In this document: piece after piece, positions 1-9,965 of the stretch | Layout: the number at the start of each line of letters is the position of its first letter | Position numbering within the stretch: the first letter of the stretch is position 1 | Assembly (NCBI RefSeq): GCF_006345805.1 | Contig: NW_021823740.1 | Span: 1 to 20,958 of the forward strand | Source: Octopus sinensis | Taxonomy: Eukaryota | Direction: 5' to 3' | DNA length: 20,958 nucleotides | The notes under the pieces: generated by a model | The model's input: the letters and a program-made list of their open reading frames with translations, nothing else | The model's database searches: none | Told to the model about the DNA's origin: nothing | Translations under genes and position numbers: made by a program

Positions 1-5
1 AAATA

Positions 6-1271
6 CAGGGTGTCCCAAAAAAATGTATACACATTTTAGCAGCTGATAACTCAATTATTTATTCTTTCTTTATAGACTGGACCCATCGAACCGAGTGATG
101 GCAGCCAGACTTGACTTTGAAGAAAGGAAATTTATTCTAAAATGCTACTGGAAGTATGAAAACGCAGTAGAAGTGCAAAGACAATTTAGGAGGGACTTTA
201 ACAAAGAACCACCAACACCAGCTACCATCACTCGAATTAGAGATAAGTTTGAAGCTGATGGAACTGTTCAGGACGTCCATAAGAAGCATTCCGGAAGACC
301 ACGTACATCGACAAGCCCCACAAAAGAAGAAAGATTACTGGAAACTTTTCATGAAGTCCAAAAAAGTCTTTGCGGCAAGCTAGTCGTGAGGTAGGCATTT
401 CAAAACCATCTGTCCATCGCATCATGAAACGTTGTCAATGGAGAAGTTACATTCCAAGATTAGTCCATGCTCTTAATGACGATGATCCAGACCGAAGAGT
501 ACAGTATTGCGAGTGGTACTTGGAACGATGTAACGAAGATGCACACTTTCACAACAAAGATTGTGTGGAGTGATGAGGCCACATTCAATTAAATGGTTCG
601 ATTAACAGACACAATTGCACCTACTGGGACCTGAGAATCCACATGTTATGGTCGACCACCTGTTAATTTACCAGGAATTACAGTGTGGTGTGGCTTATCT
701 TCACGAGGATTAATTGGATTGGACCTTTCTTTTTGACGCTACTGTGACTGGTCCGTTTACTTGAACTTGCTGCACAGTCTGTCATGCCAAGCATTAGAGA
801 GGACTTTGAACAGGATGAGTTTTATTTCCAGCAAGATAGGGCACCCCATACTACCATCGCGATGTTAGATCCTTTCTTGATGGGATCTTGCCAAACAGGT
901 GGATTGGGACGGAGAGGTTTTGTCGAATACCCTCCACGTTCACCAGACCTCACACCACTAGACTTCTTTTATGGGGATACCTAAAGGACAAAGTCTACGC
1001 ACAAAACCTGCAACAGTCGTTCAATTGAGGGCAACCATTGAACATGAATGTACAAATATCCAAGGGAATTGTTCCATGATGTGTGCCATTCCATCGCTTT
1101 GCATTGTCAGCAGTGTCTGGAGCAGAACGGACATCAGTTTGAGAACATGCGATAACAAGACAATAGAATGATATTTGTAAATTCTTTTACATGTTGAAAA
1201 TTATTCGAATTATAATAAACCTCAAATTTACAATTATTTAAGGTGTGTATACATTTTTTGGGGACACCCTG
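6..1271 (+). mobile_element. Full-length Tc1/mariner-superfamily DNA transposon, DD41D (rosa/Visitor-type), 1266 bp
   Basis: 28-bp TIRs at 6-33 (CAGGGTGTCCCAAAAAAATGTATACACA) and 1244-1271 with one mismatch. TA dinucleotides flank both ends (4-5, 1272-1273). A transposase remnant lies between them. Confidence 0.95.
98..1155 (+). pseudogene. Frameshifted DD41D transposase
   Basis: Joining frames gives an N-terminal HTH region (MAARLDFEERKFILKCYWK...SGRPRTS...[21 protein letters not shown]), then WSDEA (D1 codon 572-574), FQQD (D2) and YPPRSPDLTPLD (D3). There are 41 residues between D2 and D3. ATG at 98, TAA at 1153-1155. About a dozen small indels break the frame. Confidence 0.92.
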
Positions 1272-1290
1272 TATACATATATGCATATAT

Positions 1291-1325
1291 GGTGCTCCAG
1301 CATGGCCGCAGTCAAAATGACTGAA

Positions 1326-1328
<3 letters not shown>
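1291..1328 (+). mobile_element. Isolated 3' tail fragment of SINE family A
   Basis: GGTGCTCCAGCATGGCCGCAGTCAAAATGACTGAAACA matches the tail of the copies at 8644-8770 and 19021-19433. Confidence 0.8.
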
Positions 1329-1364
<36 letters not shown>

Positions 1365-1693
1365 TTAGGCAGAGTTAGCGGTTGGAATAACCGTCTAAAG
1401 GATAATAGTATTCGTTCTTACTATCGGTAGCATTTACCTATGCTATCCCTGGGCATGGGTATATAAGCACACTATGCTCACTGGGTCCCGGTAACAAAAT
1501 AATAAACAAAAGTTTAGCAAGAATCACACTCAAATAAGCAGAAAAGAAAACTTTTGATCAACAAACAAATTGACCAACATCGGTTGATTATTTTTTAATA
1601 CAAAACATGACATATATATAAATGCATTTGCATGTACCACGTCCTCGCGTTATTGGTTTTTCTTGTGCTTTTCTTTTCGCGATTTTGGAGATT

Positions 1694-1694
1694 T

Positions 1695-1728
<34 letters not shown>

Positions 1729-1767
1729 AACATATATATCTATATATAATATATATATATATATACA

Positions 1768-1804
<37 letters not shown>

Positions 1805-1805
1805 A

Positions 1806-1841
<36 letters not shown>

Positions 1842-1971
1842 AACATATATATATATATATATATATATATAACAACATATATTATATATATATATAGATA
1901 TATATACAAAATATATATATATATATATATATATCTATATATACAAACACTCACACACACACACACACAGA

Positions 1972-2012
<41 letters not shown>

Positions 2013-2049
2013 AACATATATATATATATATAAATATATATATATACAA

Positions 2050-2087
<38 letters not shown>

Positions 2088-2156
2088 GTATTAATATTAT
2101 TTTTATATATATTTATAAATGTATATACATACATTTATATATACTTGTATATGCAA

Positions 2157-2193
<37 letters not shown>

Positions 2194-2235
2194 TATATTA
2201 TTATTATATACACATATATATTATATATAATACAC
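1694..2235. repeat. Compound (TA)n/(CA)n microsatellite with recurring CAAACA interruptions
   Basis: Directly visible. It accounts for the Y/I-rich ORFs in the track. Confidence 0.97.
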
Positions 2236-2290
2236 ACCACTATTGTTTTCAAATATTTGCACATGTACAACAGATTTTGTTGGGGTGGCG

Positions 2291-2409
2291 AAGTCGATTA
2301 CGTCGTCTCCAGTACTTATTTTATCGACCACGAAGGTTTGAAATGCAAAGTCGACCTGAGCAGAATTTGAACTCGGAACGTAAAGACGGACAAAATGTCA
2401 TTAAGGCAT
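2291..2409 (-). mobile_element. Degenerate partial SINE family B
   Basis: Similar to 2562-2690 (AAGTCGATTAC...GTACTTATTTTATCGACC...CAAAGTCGACCT...AGAATTTGAACTC..AACGTAA). Confidence 0.75.
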
Positions 2410-2497
2410 GCTGTTTTTAATATAACACAATGTAACATAATTTAATATAATATGCATTTTAGTCAGTTCAGAGACCTCATCACTGGCTGAAGATACC

Positions 2498-2727
2498 CAT
2501 TTCTTTACTACCCACAAGGGGCTAAACATAGAGAGGACAAACAAGGACAGACAAAGGTATTAAGTCGATTACATCGACCTCAGTGCGTAACTGGTACTTA
2601 ATTTATCGACCCCGAAAGGATGAAAGGCAAAGTCGACCTCGGCGGAATTTGAACTCAGAACGTAACGGCAGACGAAATACGGCTACGCATTTCGCCCTGC
2701 GTGCTAACATTACTACCAGCTCGCCGC
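2498..2727 (-). mobile_element. Full-length tRNA-derived SINE family B with 16-bp TSD
   Basis: Minus strand reads GCGGCGAGCTGGTAG (A-box region), GAGTTCAAATTCC (B-box), then the central CTTTCATCCTTTCGGGGTCGATAAATTAAGTACCAG block. Direct repeat ACTGGCTGAAGATACC at 2482-2497 and 2736-2751. Confidence 0.9.
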
Positions 2728-2751
2728 TGAAGATGACTGGCTGAAGATACC

Positions 2752-3080
2752 TGCTACTCGTACCATAAACCAGTACAACCTGTTTGGTGGTCGGATGGTC
2801 CCCCACTTGAACAGCTTGCTAGCCTTGTAAGGAGGGTTTCTGGATACCCTGCAGGACTAAAATCAAAATCTGTCGAAGGACAGATGAGCTCCAGGTGGGC
2901 CAATGGCCATCCAGTTGTGGATGGCAACAGCAAATCTAACAAGGAAACACTATGAGAAAGTCAGAACGAAGTAACATTATTGCTTCATCCGGTGGAAGGG
3001 CTCGCGTTTATTGGGGAAGACTTTCATTGTAGTGTTATCAGCGCTCTGCGAAGCGTACCGTAAATGACGACGACGACGAT
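2752..3080 (+). other. Unidentified GC-richer segment ending in a (GAC)n tail; possibly a non-LTR retroelement remnant
   Basis: Ends GCGAAGCGTACCGTAAAT-GACGACGACGACGAT, a short-tandem tail like those of RTE-type elements. No coding homology recognised. Confidence 0.3.
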
Positions 3081-3102
3081 AATACAGACATATTTTATAT
3101 TC

Positions 3103-3578
3103 TTACTCTTTTTCTCTTTTACTTGTTTCAGTCATTTGTCTGCGGCCGTGCTGGAGCACCGTCTTTAATCGAGCAACTCGACCCCAGGACTTATTCTTTT
3201 TGTAAGCCCAGTGCTTATTCTATCGGTCTCTTTTGCCGAACCGCTAAGTAACGGGGACGTAAACACACCAGCATCGGTTGTCAAGCAATGCTAGGGGGAC
3301 AAACACAGACACACAAACACGTACACACACATTTATATATATATATATATATAATATATATATATATATATAAGATAACTATATATATATATATATATAT
3401 ACATATATATATAGATAATACGACGGCTTCTTTCAGTTTCCGTCTACCTACCAATCCACTCACAAGGCATTGGTCGGCCCGAGCTATAGCAGAAGACACT
3501 TGCTCAAGGTGCCACGCAGTGGGACTGAACCCGGAACCATGTGGTTGGTAAGCAAGCTACTTACCACACAACCACTCC
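3103..3578 (-). mobile_element. tRNA-derived SINE family A, full length, with expanded internal (CA)/(TA) tract
   Basis: Minus-strand head GGAGTGGTTGTGTGGTAAG...GGTTCAGTCCC (A/B boxes), followed by CCTTGAGCAAGTGTCTT (resembles the start of the CORE domain). Tail ...GACTGAAACAAGTAAAAGAG. Collinear with 5810-6219 and 19021-19433. Confidence 0.92.
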
Positions 3579-3945
3579 GTTGTAATTAGCACACAATATC
3601 CTACGCATACAGACGAACTCTAGCAAACATATATCTCATTTTGCCACACCCATTTTATCTCTCCTTCCCGTAGATTGTTGGCTATTAAGCTTCAACTTTA
3701 TATGACCTTTAGGTTTCAAATATGAATTACAGTCTTAATTAACCTGTAACGTGACATATTGCCTGCAATTTAAAGAATATTGTTACCGTTTTTTTTCTTT
3801 CTTTTACTGTCTTTTATGGTCCTCTTCAGGACCGTAATTAAAATTTAATTTATTACTAATGCGTGTCAGAAGCCAAATTTAGTAATTTCATCTCACGCAA
3901 TTTAATGTCCCCTATATACCTAGCGTTTGTTAAAAGTTTCATGCA

Positions 3946-3995
<50 letters not shown>

Positions 3996-3997
<2 letters not shown>

Positions 3998-4208
3998 AAT
4001 TAAGGACTGAACACGAAAAGTGGACAGTCAACATGCTAGATATAGACGTCAAATCGCCATTCTCCACAAAGATATTTTCATTTGTCTTGTTTAATGCTTT
4101 GGTTTGGCGCTGAGTTTTATTTGAGAACATACTCTTTGTGGAGAATGGCGATTTGACGTCTATATCTAGCATGTTGACTGTCCACTTTTGTGTTCAGTCC
4201 TTAATTGG
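3996..4208. mobile_element. 213-bp fold-back element (MITE-like) inside a (TA)n tract
   Basis: Arms 3996-4072 and 4133-4208 are reverse complements with a single 1-nt indel. Spacer is 60 bp. TA runs lie on both sides. Confidence 0.85.
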
Positions 4209-4289
4209 TATATATAAATATTTTAATCTTCGGATTCTTTTTAATATGCTAGACCACTGGTTTTAATTGACTAATATCAATTCCTACCC

Positions 4290-4293
4290 TTAA

Positions 4294-4345
<52 letters not shown>

Positions 4346-4365
4346 TATACATACATAATACATAC

Positions 4366-4396
<31 letters not shown>

Positions 4397-4406
4397 CATA
4401 CATACA
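4290..4406. repeat. (TA)n/(TACA)n microsatellite
   Basis: Directly visible. Confidence 0.95.
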
Positions 4407-4574
4407 ATATATCTCATTGTGATACAATATATCACCTTATTTCAGTTCTCTTTTATTCTTTTCTTCTTCCTTCCTTAACTTATTTAACTTCCTTAAGTTA
4501 CAACTTCCTGATAAACCACAGACGTGCTTTTCTTGAACTCTTGTTTCCTTCGCCGGACCGACCTTTCCTTTGTC

Positions 4575-4611
4575 CTCTTTCTGACGAAGAGTCATGCTCG
4601 GAACGTATAGA
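4575..4611 (+). ncRNA. Degenerate minimal type I hammerhead ribozyme motif (PLE-like terminus)
   Basis: CTGACGA (4581-87), extra A, GAG/tcatg/CTC helix II, GGAA (A13G change), ACGT helix III, then A4607. Helix I pairs poorly. Confidence 0.5.
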
Positions 4612-4667
4612 CCCATTCTATTTTTCCTTCGTATACTGAGTGTCAAGTTAATACCTTGCATGTGTAC

Positions 4668-4810
4668 AAGGCGACGAGCTGGCAGAAACGTTAGCACGCC
4701 GGGTACACCTTTCGGGGTCGATAAATTATGTACCAGTTGTGTACTGGCGTCGATCTAATCGACTGACCCTCTCCTCAAAGATGTCAGGCCTTGTGCCTAG
4801 AGTAGAAAAG
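4668..4810 (+). mobile_element. Internally deleted SINE family B with 12-bp TSD
   Basis: Head AGGCGACGAGCTGGCAGAAACGTTAGCACGCCGGG joins directly to CCTTTCGGGGTCGATAAATTATGTACCAG. Tail ...GGCCTTGTGCCTAGAGTAGAAAAG. Direct repeat AATACCTTGCAT at 4650-4661 and 4811-4822. Confidence 0.85.
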
Positions 4811-4860
4811 AATACCTTGCATTGTTTTGTTACTTATTATTTATCATTTTCTATTTACCT

Positions 4861-4920
4861 ATACATACATACATACATACATACATGCATGCATACATAC
4901 ATGCATACATACATACGTAC

Positions 4921-4951
<31 letters not shown>

Positions 4952-5031
4952 CATACATACATACATACATACATACATACATACATACATACATACATGA
5001 ATATATATATATATGTATATATATATATGTA

Positions 5032-5067
<36 letters not shown>

Positions 5068-5110
5068 TGTATGTATGCATGTATGTATGTATGTATTATG
5101 TATGTATATA
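4861..5110. repeat. (TACA)n followed by (TATG)n microsatellites
   Basis: Directly visible; the two halves are reverse complements of each other. Confidence 0.95.
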
Positions 5111-5442
5111 CATTTGTATATTTGCGTATATATTCTTAATTAAGTTCAGACGCAAAATATGCAAGTAGTTGTAGTGTACGTCATAGGAGGATAATTTCTC
5201 TCTTTTACGACGACAGTGTGTTCAACACACTTGGCTCATTAAATTTTAATTATTTTCCATGTATTTGATTAATAAACTTCGAGTGGCGAAATCTTAATTC
5301 AGCGCTAGTCACTGTATATAATATCAAGTTTATTATAAAGTTCTTGTTACCGTAACCCCAAGTCTCTCCTTAAAGGATATTCACCCATTGGTTGTATACG
5401 TACACACATATGGACTATATAGACATCCTACACACAAATGTA

Positions 5443-5444
<2 letters not shown>

Positions 5445-5493
<49 letters not shown>

Positions 5494-5518
5494 ATAGATA
5501 GATACATACATACATACA

Positions 5519-5549
<31 letters not shown>

Positions 5550-5595
5550 TACATATATACATATATATCGGAGATATATATGTATATATATATTG
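5445..5595. repeat. (TA)n/(TACA)n microsatellite
   Basis: Directly visible. Confidence 0.95.
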
Positions 5596-5809
5596 CATGG
5601 CAATTACATTACCGAGTGTAATAAATGGGTGCGGATAAAGAGTTATTTTACCATTTATTTATAGAGCAATAAGAAAATGGAGGGGGATCAATAGGTGGTA
5701 TTCATCAACTTTTAGACATTATATTATGTCGATTTATTTATTTACTAAAAGGACAATTATAGCAATATACATATATGTATAACATATTATGCTTTACATA
5801 TATGATATA

Positions 5810-6219
5810 CTCTCTTTTACTATTTTACTCTTTTACTTGTTTCAGGCATTTGACTGCGACCATGCTGGAGCACCGCCTTTAGTCGAGCAACTCGAACCCG
5901 GAACTTATTCTTTGTAAACCCAGTACTTATTCTATCGGTCTCTTTTGCCGAACCGCTAAGTGACGGGGACATAAACACACCAGCATCGGTTGTCAAGCAA
6001 TGCTAGGCGGGGGACAAACACAGACACCAAACACACACGCACATACATATATATACATATATACGACCGGCTTCTTTCAGTTTCCATCTACCAAATCCAC
6101 TCACAAGGCTTTGGTCGGCCCGAGGCTATAGTAGAAGACATTTGCCCAAGGTGCCACGCAGTGGGACTGAACCCGGAACCATGTCGTTGGTAAGTAAGCT
6201 ACTTACCACACAGCCACTC
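5810..6219 (-). mobile_element. SINE family A, full length
   Basis: Collinear with 3103-3578 and 19021-19433 from the tRNA-like head to the (CTCTTTTA)n tail as read on +. Confidence 0.92.
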
Positions 6220-6522
6220 ACTAATTATTAAAACATATAACATATCAATAGAAATTGGGTTTGATTTTATAAATTACAATATTACTCCTCTTATAATAGC
6301 TTTCTCATACCTCAGTTTATATTTTATCTCATATGAATAATATAATGCATCTAATAATAATAATAATAATAATTGATTCATTTGTATGCATATACATGCG
6401 CATATGCATGTACATTTAAGTGTAGGTATATGTATTTATGTATCTTTATCTTTATGCATGTATATGTAAAAGTATGTATATGTGTGTGTATTTATATATA
6501 TAACTTAACCTTATGTACTTTC

Positions 6523-6654
6523 TAAAATCTCTGACGAAGCCTAGAGAAACATCCAAGTACCCCAATTTCATCTACTAATTTCTTTCGTCCAGTGGATAGA
6601 TAAAAGTAAAATGAGGCATTTTTGCCTCTTGACTGAAACAGCTGTAAGGTATTA
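6523..6654 (+). ncRNA. Type I hammerhead ribozyme motif with long loop II
   Basis: CTGACGA 6531-37. Helix II AGCCTAGAG (6538-46)/CTCTTGACT (6626-34) has 7 of 9 pairs. GAA 6635-37, palindromic ACAGCTGT 6638-45, cleavage triplet GTA ending 6646. Helix I TAAAATCT/AGGTATTA has 7 of 8 pairs including one G-U. Confidence 0.65.
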
Positions 6655-6867
6655 TCCCAATTTCTATTGCTGTATGTTATATATTTTAATAATTACTGAT
6701 ATTTTTATATTCTATATATCATATATGTAAAGCATAATATTATACACGTATGTAAATTGTTATAATTGTCCTTTTAGTAAATAAATAAACTTACATATAT
6801 AATATCTAAAAGTTGATGATACCACCTATTGATGATTCCTTCCATTTTCTTATTGTTCTCTCTCTCT

Positions 6868-6925
6868 CTATATATATATATATATAAAATCACACACACA
6901 CAACACACACAAATATATATATATA

Positions 6926-6969
<44 letters not shown>

Positions 6970-7100
6970 ATATATGTATATATATTATATATTTATGTAT
7001 GTAGTAAATGTATGTATTTATTATGTATGTAGTATATATTATATATATATATATATAGTATTATATTATATATAGATATATATATATAGACATATATACA
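6868..7100. repeat. (TA)n-rich microsatellite
   Basis: Directly visible. Confidence 0.93.
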
Positions 7101-8057
7101 TATTGGCGTGTGTGTGTTTGTCTGTACATATGTGTTAAATGTTGTATGTCACAAAGATTAGGATGGCCATACAAGAGCGTCTGGAAAGAGAGAGCGCTGA
7201 ATTGAAATTTGAGACAAAAATAGATTGAGAGATTGGGTGGAAACTAAAAGGGAGAGAGGTGAGATGAGGGAATGAAAGGAAGAAAGAGTGGGGGGAGAGA
7301 AAGGGGAGGAAGGAGAAACATTGACTCGAACACCGTAAACTACAAGAGACAGTAAGATGTGCAGCAATCATATAGGAAAACTGCTTACGAATACAACAAC
7401 TAAAGACCACCATTTTGAAAACAAGACATAAAAATTCTAAACAATTTGCTATTAAACACCATTGTCTCACCCTCTCCTGTCCCACTCGCTTTCTCTCTGT
7501 CTCTCTATCTCTCTCTCTCTCTCTTTCTCTCGTTGTTTTGCTGTCTCTCTTCCTCTCTTTCTCCATTCATCTTTCTCTTTCTCTTGCATACGCAAATACA
7601 CGTACACACACATACGAATGCTCATGCATCTATTCACATGAAATGATGGGTTCGATATATTTACCGCAAGCTAAGCACACGTTATTATAAAAGCAGCCAT
7701 AAAAAAGACATCGTTTTAAATGAATTGTGTTGTATCCATTCAATGACTCATAATAAAGGTTCTTAGTTTGACGACTTCTATCAAATTTTCACACAATTTA
7801 CGTTTCAAATTTATCTATTTACTTATTTATTGCTATATTTATTGAAATTTCGTTTCGAATAATGCATTGCTTAAATATATCTAATATATATATATACACT
7901 TATACTGCCTTTTGTATAATTTTTCTAAATCATAAATCTGCAACACGCAGTCGCACCATCCAACACAAACAATTTTAAAATAATAAAGCTACAACGGAAA
8001 ATCAAGCGAAACTTTGTTTATTAGTTTAAATAGCTCTTTAATTTAGCAATACCTCAT

Positions 8058-8452
8058 CTGTGTGTGTGTGTGTGTGTGTGTGTTGTGCGTGCGTGCGTGT
8101 GTGTATGTATGTATGTGTGTATGTATGTATGTGTGTATGTATGTATGTAGGTATATATATATATATATGGTGTGTGTGTGTGTGTGTGTGCGTGCGTGTG
8201 TGCGTGTATGTTTGTGTGTGTGTGCGTGTGTGCGTGTGTTTGTGTGTGTGTTTGTGCGTGTATGTTTGTGTGTGTGTGTGTGTGTGTGTGTGCGTGCGTG
8301 CGTGTGTGTGTGTATGTATGTATGTGTGTGGTTGTGTATGTAGTATGTTGTTGTATGTATGTAGGTATATATATATATATACGTGTGTGTGTGTGTGTGT
8401 GTGTGCGTGCGTGTGTGCGTGTATGTTTGTGTGTGTGTGTGTGCGTGTGTGC

Positions 8453-8493
<41 letters not shown>

Positions 8494-8504
8494 TGTGTGT
8501 GTGT
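8058..8504. repeat. Compound (GT)n/(GTGC)n/(GTAT)n microsatellite with an internal higher-order duplication
   Basis: The block GTATGTAGGTATATATAT...GTGCGTGCGTGTGTGCGTGTATGTTTG occurs near 8140 and again near 8355. Confidence 0.93.
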
Positions 8505-8643
8505 CTTTCTCTGTTTCTTATCTTTCGGTTTTCCCCTCTCTTTTTCTCTTTCAATCTCTATCTAAACTTTCTATTTACTTTCATTTATTTTACCTAAACC
8601 GCTATGAGGAGGAGTTTGGAAAACAAGTTTTGAAAAAAAGTTC

Positions 8644-8770
8644 TAGCGGTTCGGCAAAAGAGACCGATAGAATAAGTACTGGGCTTACAAAAGAATAAGT
8701 CCCGGGGTCGATTTGCTCGACTAAAGGCGCTGCTCCAGCATGGCCGCAGTCAAATGACTGAAACAAGTAC
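8644..8770 (+). mobile_element. 5'-truncated SINE family A (3' ~125 bp) followed by poly(A)
   Basis: TAGCGGTTCGGCAAAAGAGACCGATAG...GACTGAAACAAGTA is the reverse complement of 19035-19160. An A run follows at 8772-8787. Confidence 0.9.
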
Positions 8771-8789
8771 AAAAAAAAAAAAAAAAATC

Positions 8790-9029
8790 ATTTTCCTCAT
8801 TGTACTTTGTACGTCATGCCAAGTTTCTCTCAAGACACTTCCGTATGCAATAATATCACTAAACGATATCACAAATACACGAATTCTTCTTTAAGACCTT
8901 TGGGAAGTTTCAACCTTCATTAGTTGCTGCCCCCTCATCAAAGTACAACAGCCATACGATGTTGTTCACATTCCTGGGCCTTACTGTTTCTTCTACACAA
9001 ATATTTCACACAACATCCAACAGATGGTT
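8790..9029 (-). pseudogene. Possible highly decayed RTE-clade LINE post-RT fragment
   Basis: Minus-strand translation SYGCCTLMRGQQLMKVE...SVLRE loosely resembles the RTE motif LYGxETWTL...KLE...LRE. It contains stops. Confidence 0.35.
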
Positions 9030-9041
9030 ACCCATCAATAA

Positions 9042-9415
9042 GTAGTAGGAGCACTCCGTCGGTTACGACGATGAGGGTCCCAGCTGATACGATCAACGGA
9101 ACAGCTTGCTCGTGGAATTAACGTGCAAGTGGCTGAGCACTCCACAGACACGTGCACCCTTAACGTAGTTCTCGAGGATATTCAGCGTGACACAGAGAGT
9201 GACAAGGCCGGCCCTTTGAAATACAGGTACAACAGAAACAGGAAGAAAGAGTGAAAGAAAGTTGTGGTGAAAGAGTACAGCAGGGTTCACCACCACCCCC
9301 TGCAGGAGCCTTGTGAAGCTTTAGGTGTTTTCGCTCAATAAACACTCACAATGCCCGGTCTGGGAATCGAAACCGCGAGTCCGCTGCCCTAACCACTGGG
9401 CCATTGCGCCTCCAC
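9042..9415 (-). mobile_element. tRNA-derived SINE family C with 12-bp TSD
   Basis: Minus-strand head GTGGAGGCGCAATGGCCCAGTGGTTAGGGC (A-box TGGCCCAGTGG) and GGTTTCGATTCCC (B-box). Direct repeat ACCCATCAATAA at 9030-9041 and 9416-9427. Confidence 0.88.
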
Positions 9416-9539
9416 ACCCATCAATAAACAGCACTCACTGATCAGTAGCAAATGTCCCTAAATCTCCTAAGATCATACCTTAGTCTTGGAAGAGCGAATT
9501 AGCCGAGAGGTGCTAAAGCGAAATTTGTTTAGACACTCG

Positions 9540-9725
9540 GCGTTCTAAGTTCAAACGTTACCAAGGTAAATTTGACCTTTCTTCCTTATGGAGTCGATAA
9601 ACAAATCGAGTTTGCAAGAATGTCTACCGAATTCCTTGTAGTTTTGTGGCACTGCCAGAACATCTACCGGATTCCTTACAGTTGCTATTCCGGCTTTTGC
9701 GTTCTGAGTTCAAATCCCACCATGA
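9540..9725 (+). mobile_element. Degenerate SINE family B remnants
   Basis: CGTTCTAAGTTCAAA...GTCGATAAA at 9541-9601 and GCGTTCTGAGTTCAAATCCCACC near 9699-9721. Confidence 0.55.
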
Positions 9726-9822
9726 CGTTCTTAAGCTATCACTTGACTGTGTTTGACTACTTGGATTCCTTTAGTGGAGTCCAGCCTATTGCAAGTATTC
9801 GGGCGATGTTTCCAGTTTGAAA

Positions 9823-9872
<50 letters not shown>

Positions 9873-9910
9873 TATATATACTTTATTTAAAAGCAGCAGA
9901 AATATAAAAA

Positions 9911-9950
9911 GCTGTTACTCAGAGTTTCACGTTCCCGTTCGTCGGACAGT
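9911..9950 (-). ncRNA. Minimal type I hammerhead-like motif, U4C core variant
   Basis: Minus strand reads CTGT-CCGACGA-ACG(GGAA)CGT-GAA-ACTCTGAGT-A-ACAG. Helices I, II and III all pair; the core is CCGACGA. Confidence 0.65.
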
Positions 9951-9965
9951 TTTGTTAAAAAAAAA

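Noticed and set aside
1391-1430. CTAAAGGA plus ATAGTA/TACTAT hairpin as a decayed hammerhead
   Set aside because: Both core strands deviate at several positions and GAAA is absent.
2460-2500. HDV-like ribozyme at the reconstructed empty site (AGTCAGT/ACTGGCT 7-bp pairing)
   Set aside because: Only 14 nt separate the two strands, too few for P2, P3 and L3, and there is no P1.1 or J4/2.
3505-3578. tRNA genes at SINE heads (also ~6150-6219, 9355-9415, 19365-19433, 20225-20298)
   Set aside because: They have A/B boxes but no complete cloverleaf that I can build, and they continue into shared SINE bodies.
3781-3840. Minus-strand CTGAAGA with flanking GGTCC/GGACC as a hammerhead
   Set aside because: There is no helix II partner before a GAAA and no helix III. 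It could be a very decayed PLE end but is not supportable.
7135-7690. Overlapping ORFs of 66-143 aa as a host exon
   Set aside because: They are driven by purine- and pyrimidine-rich low-complexity tracts, with no recognisable domain or convincing splice structure.
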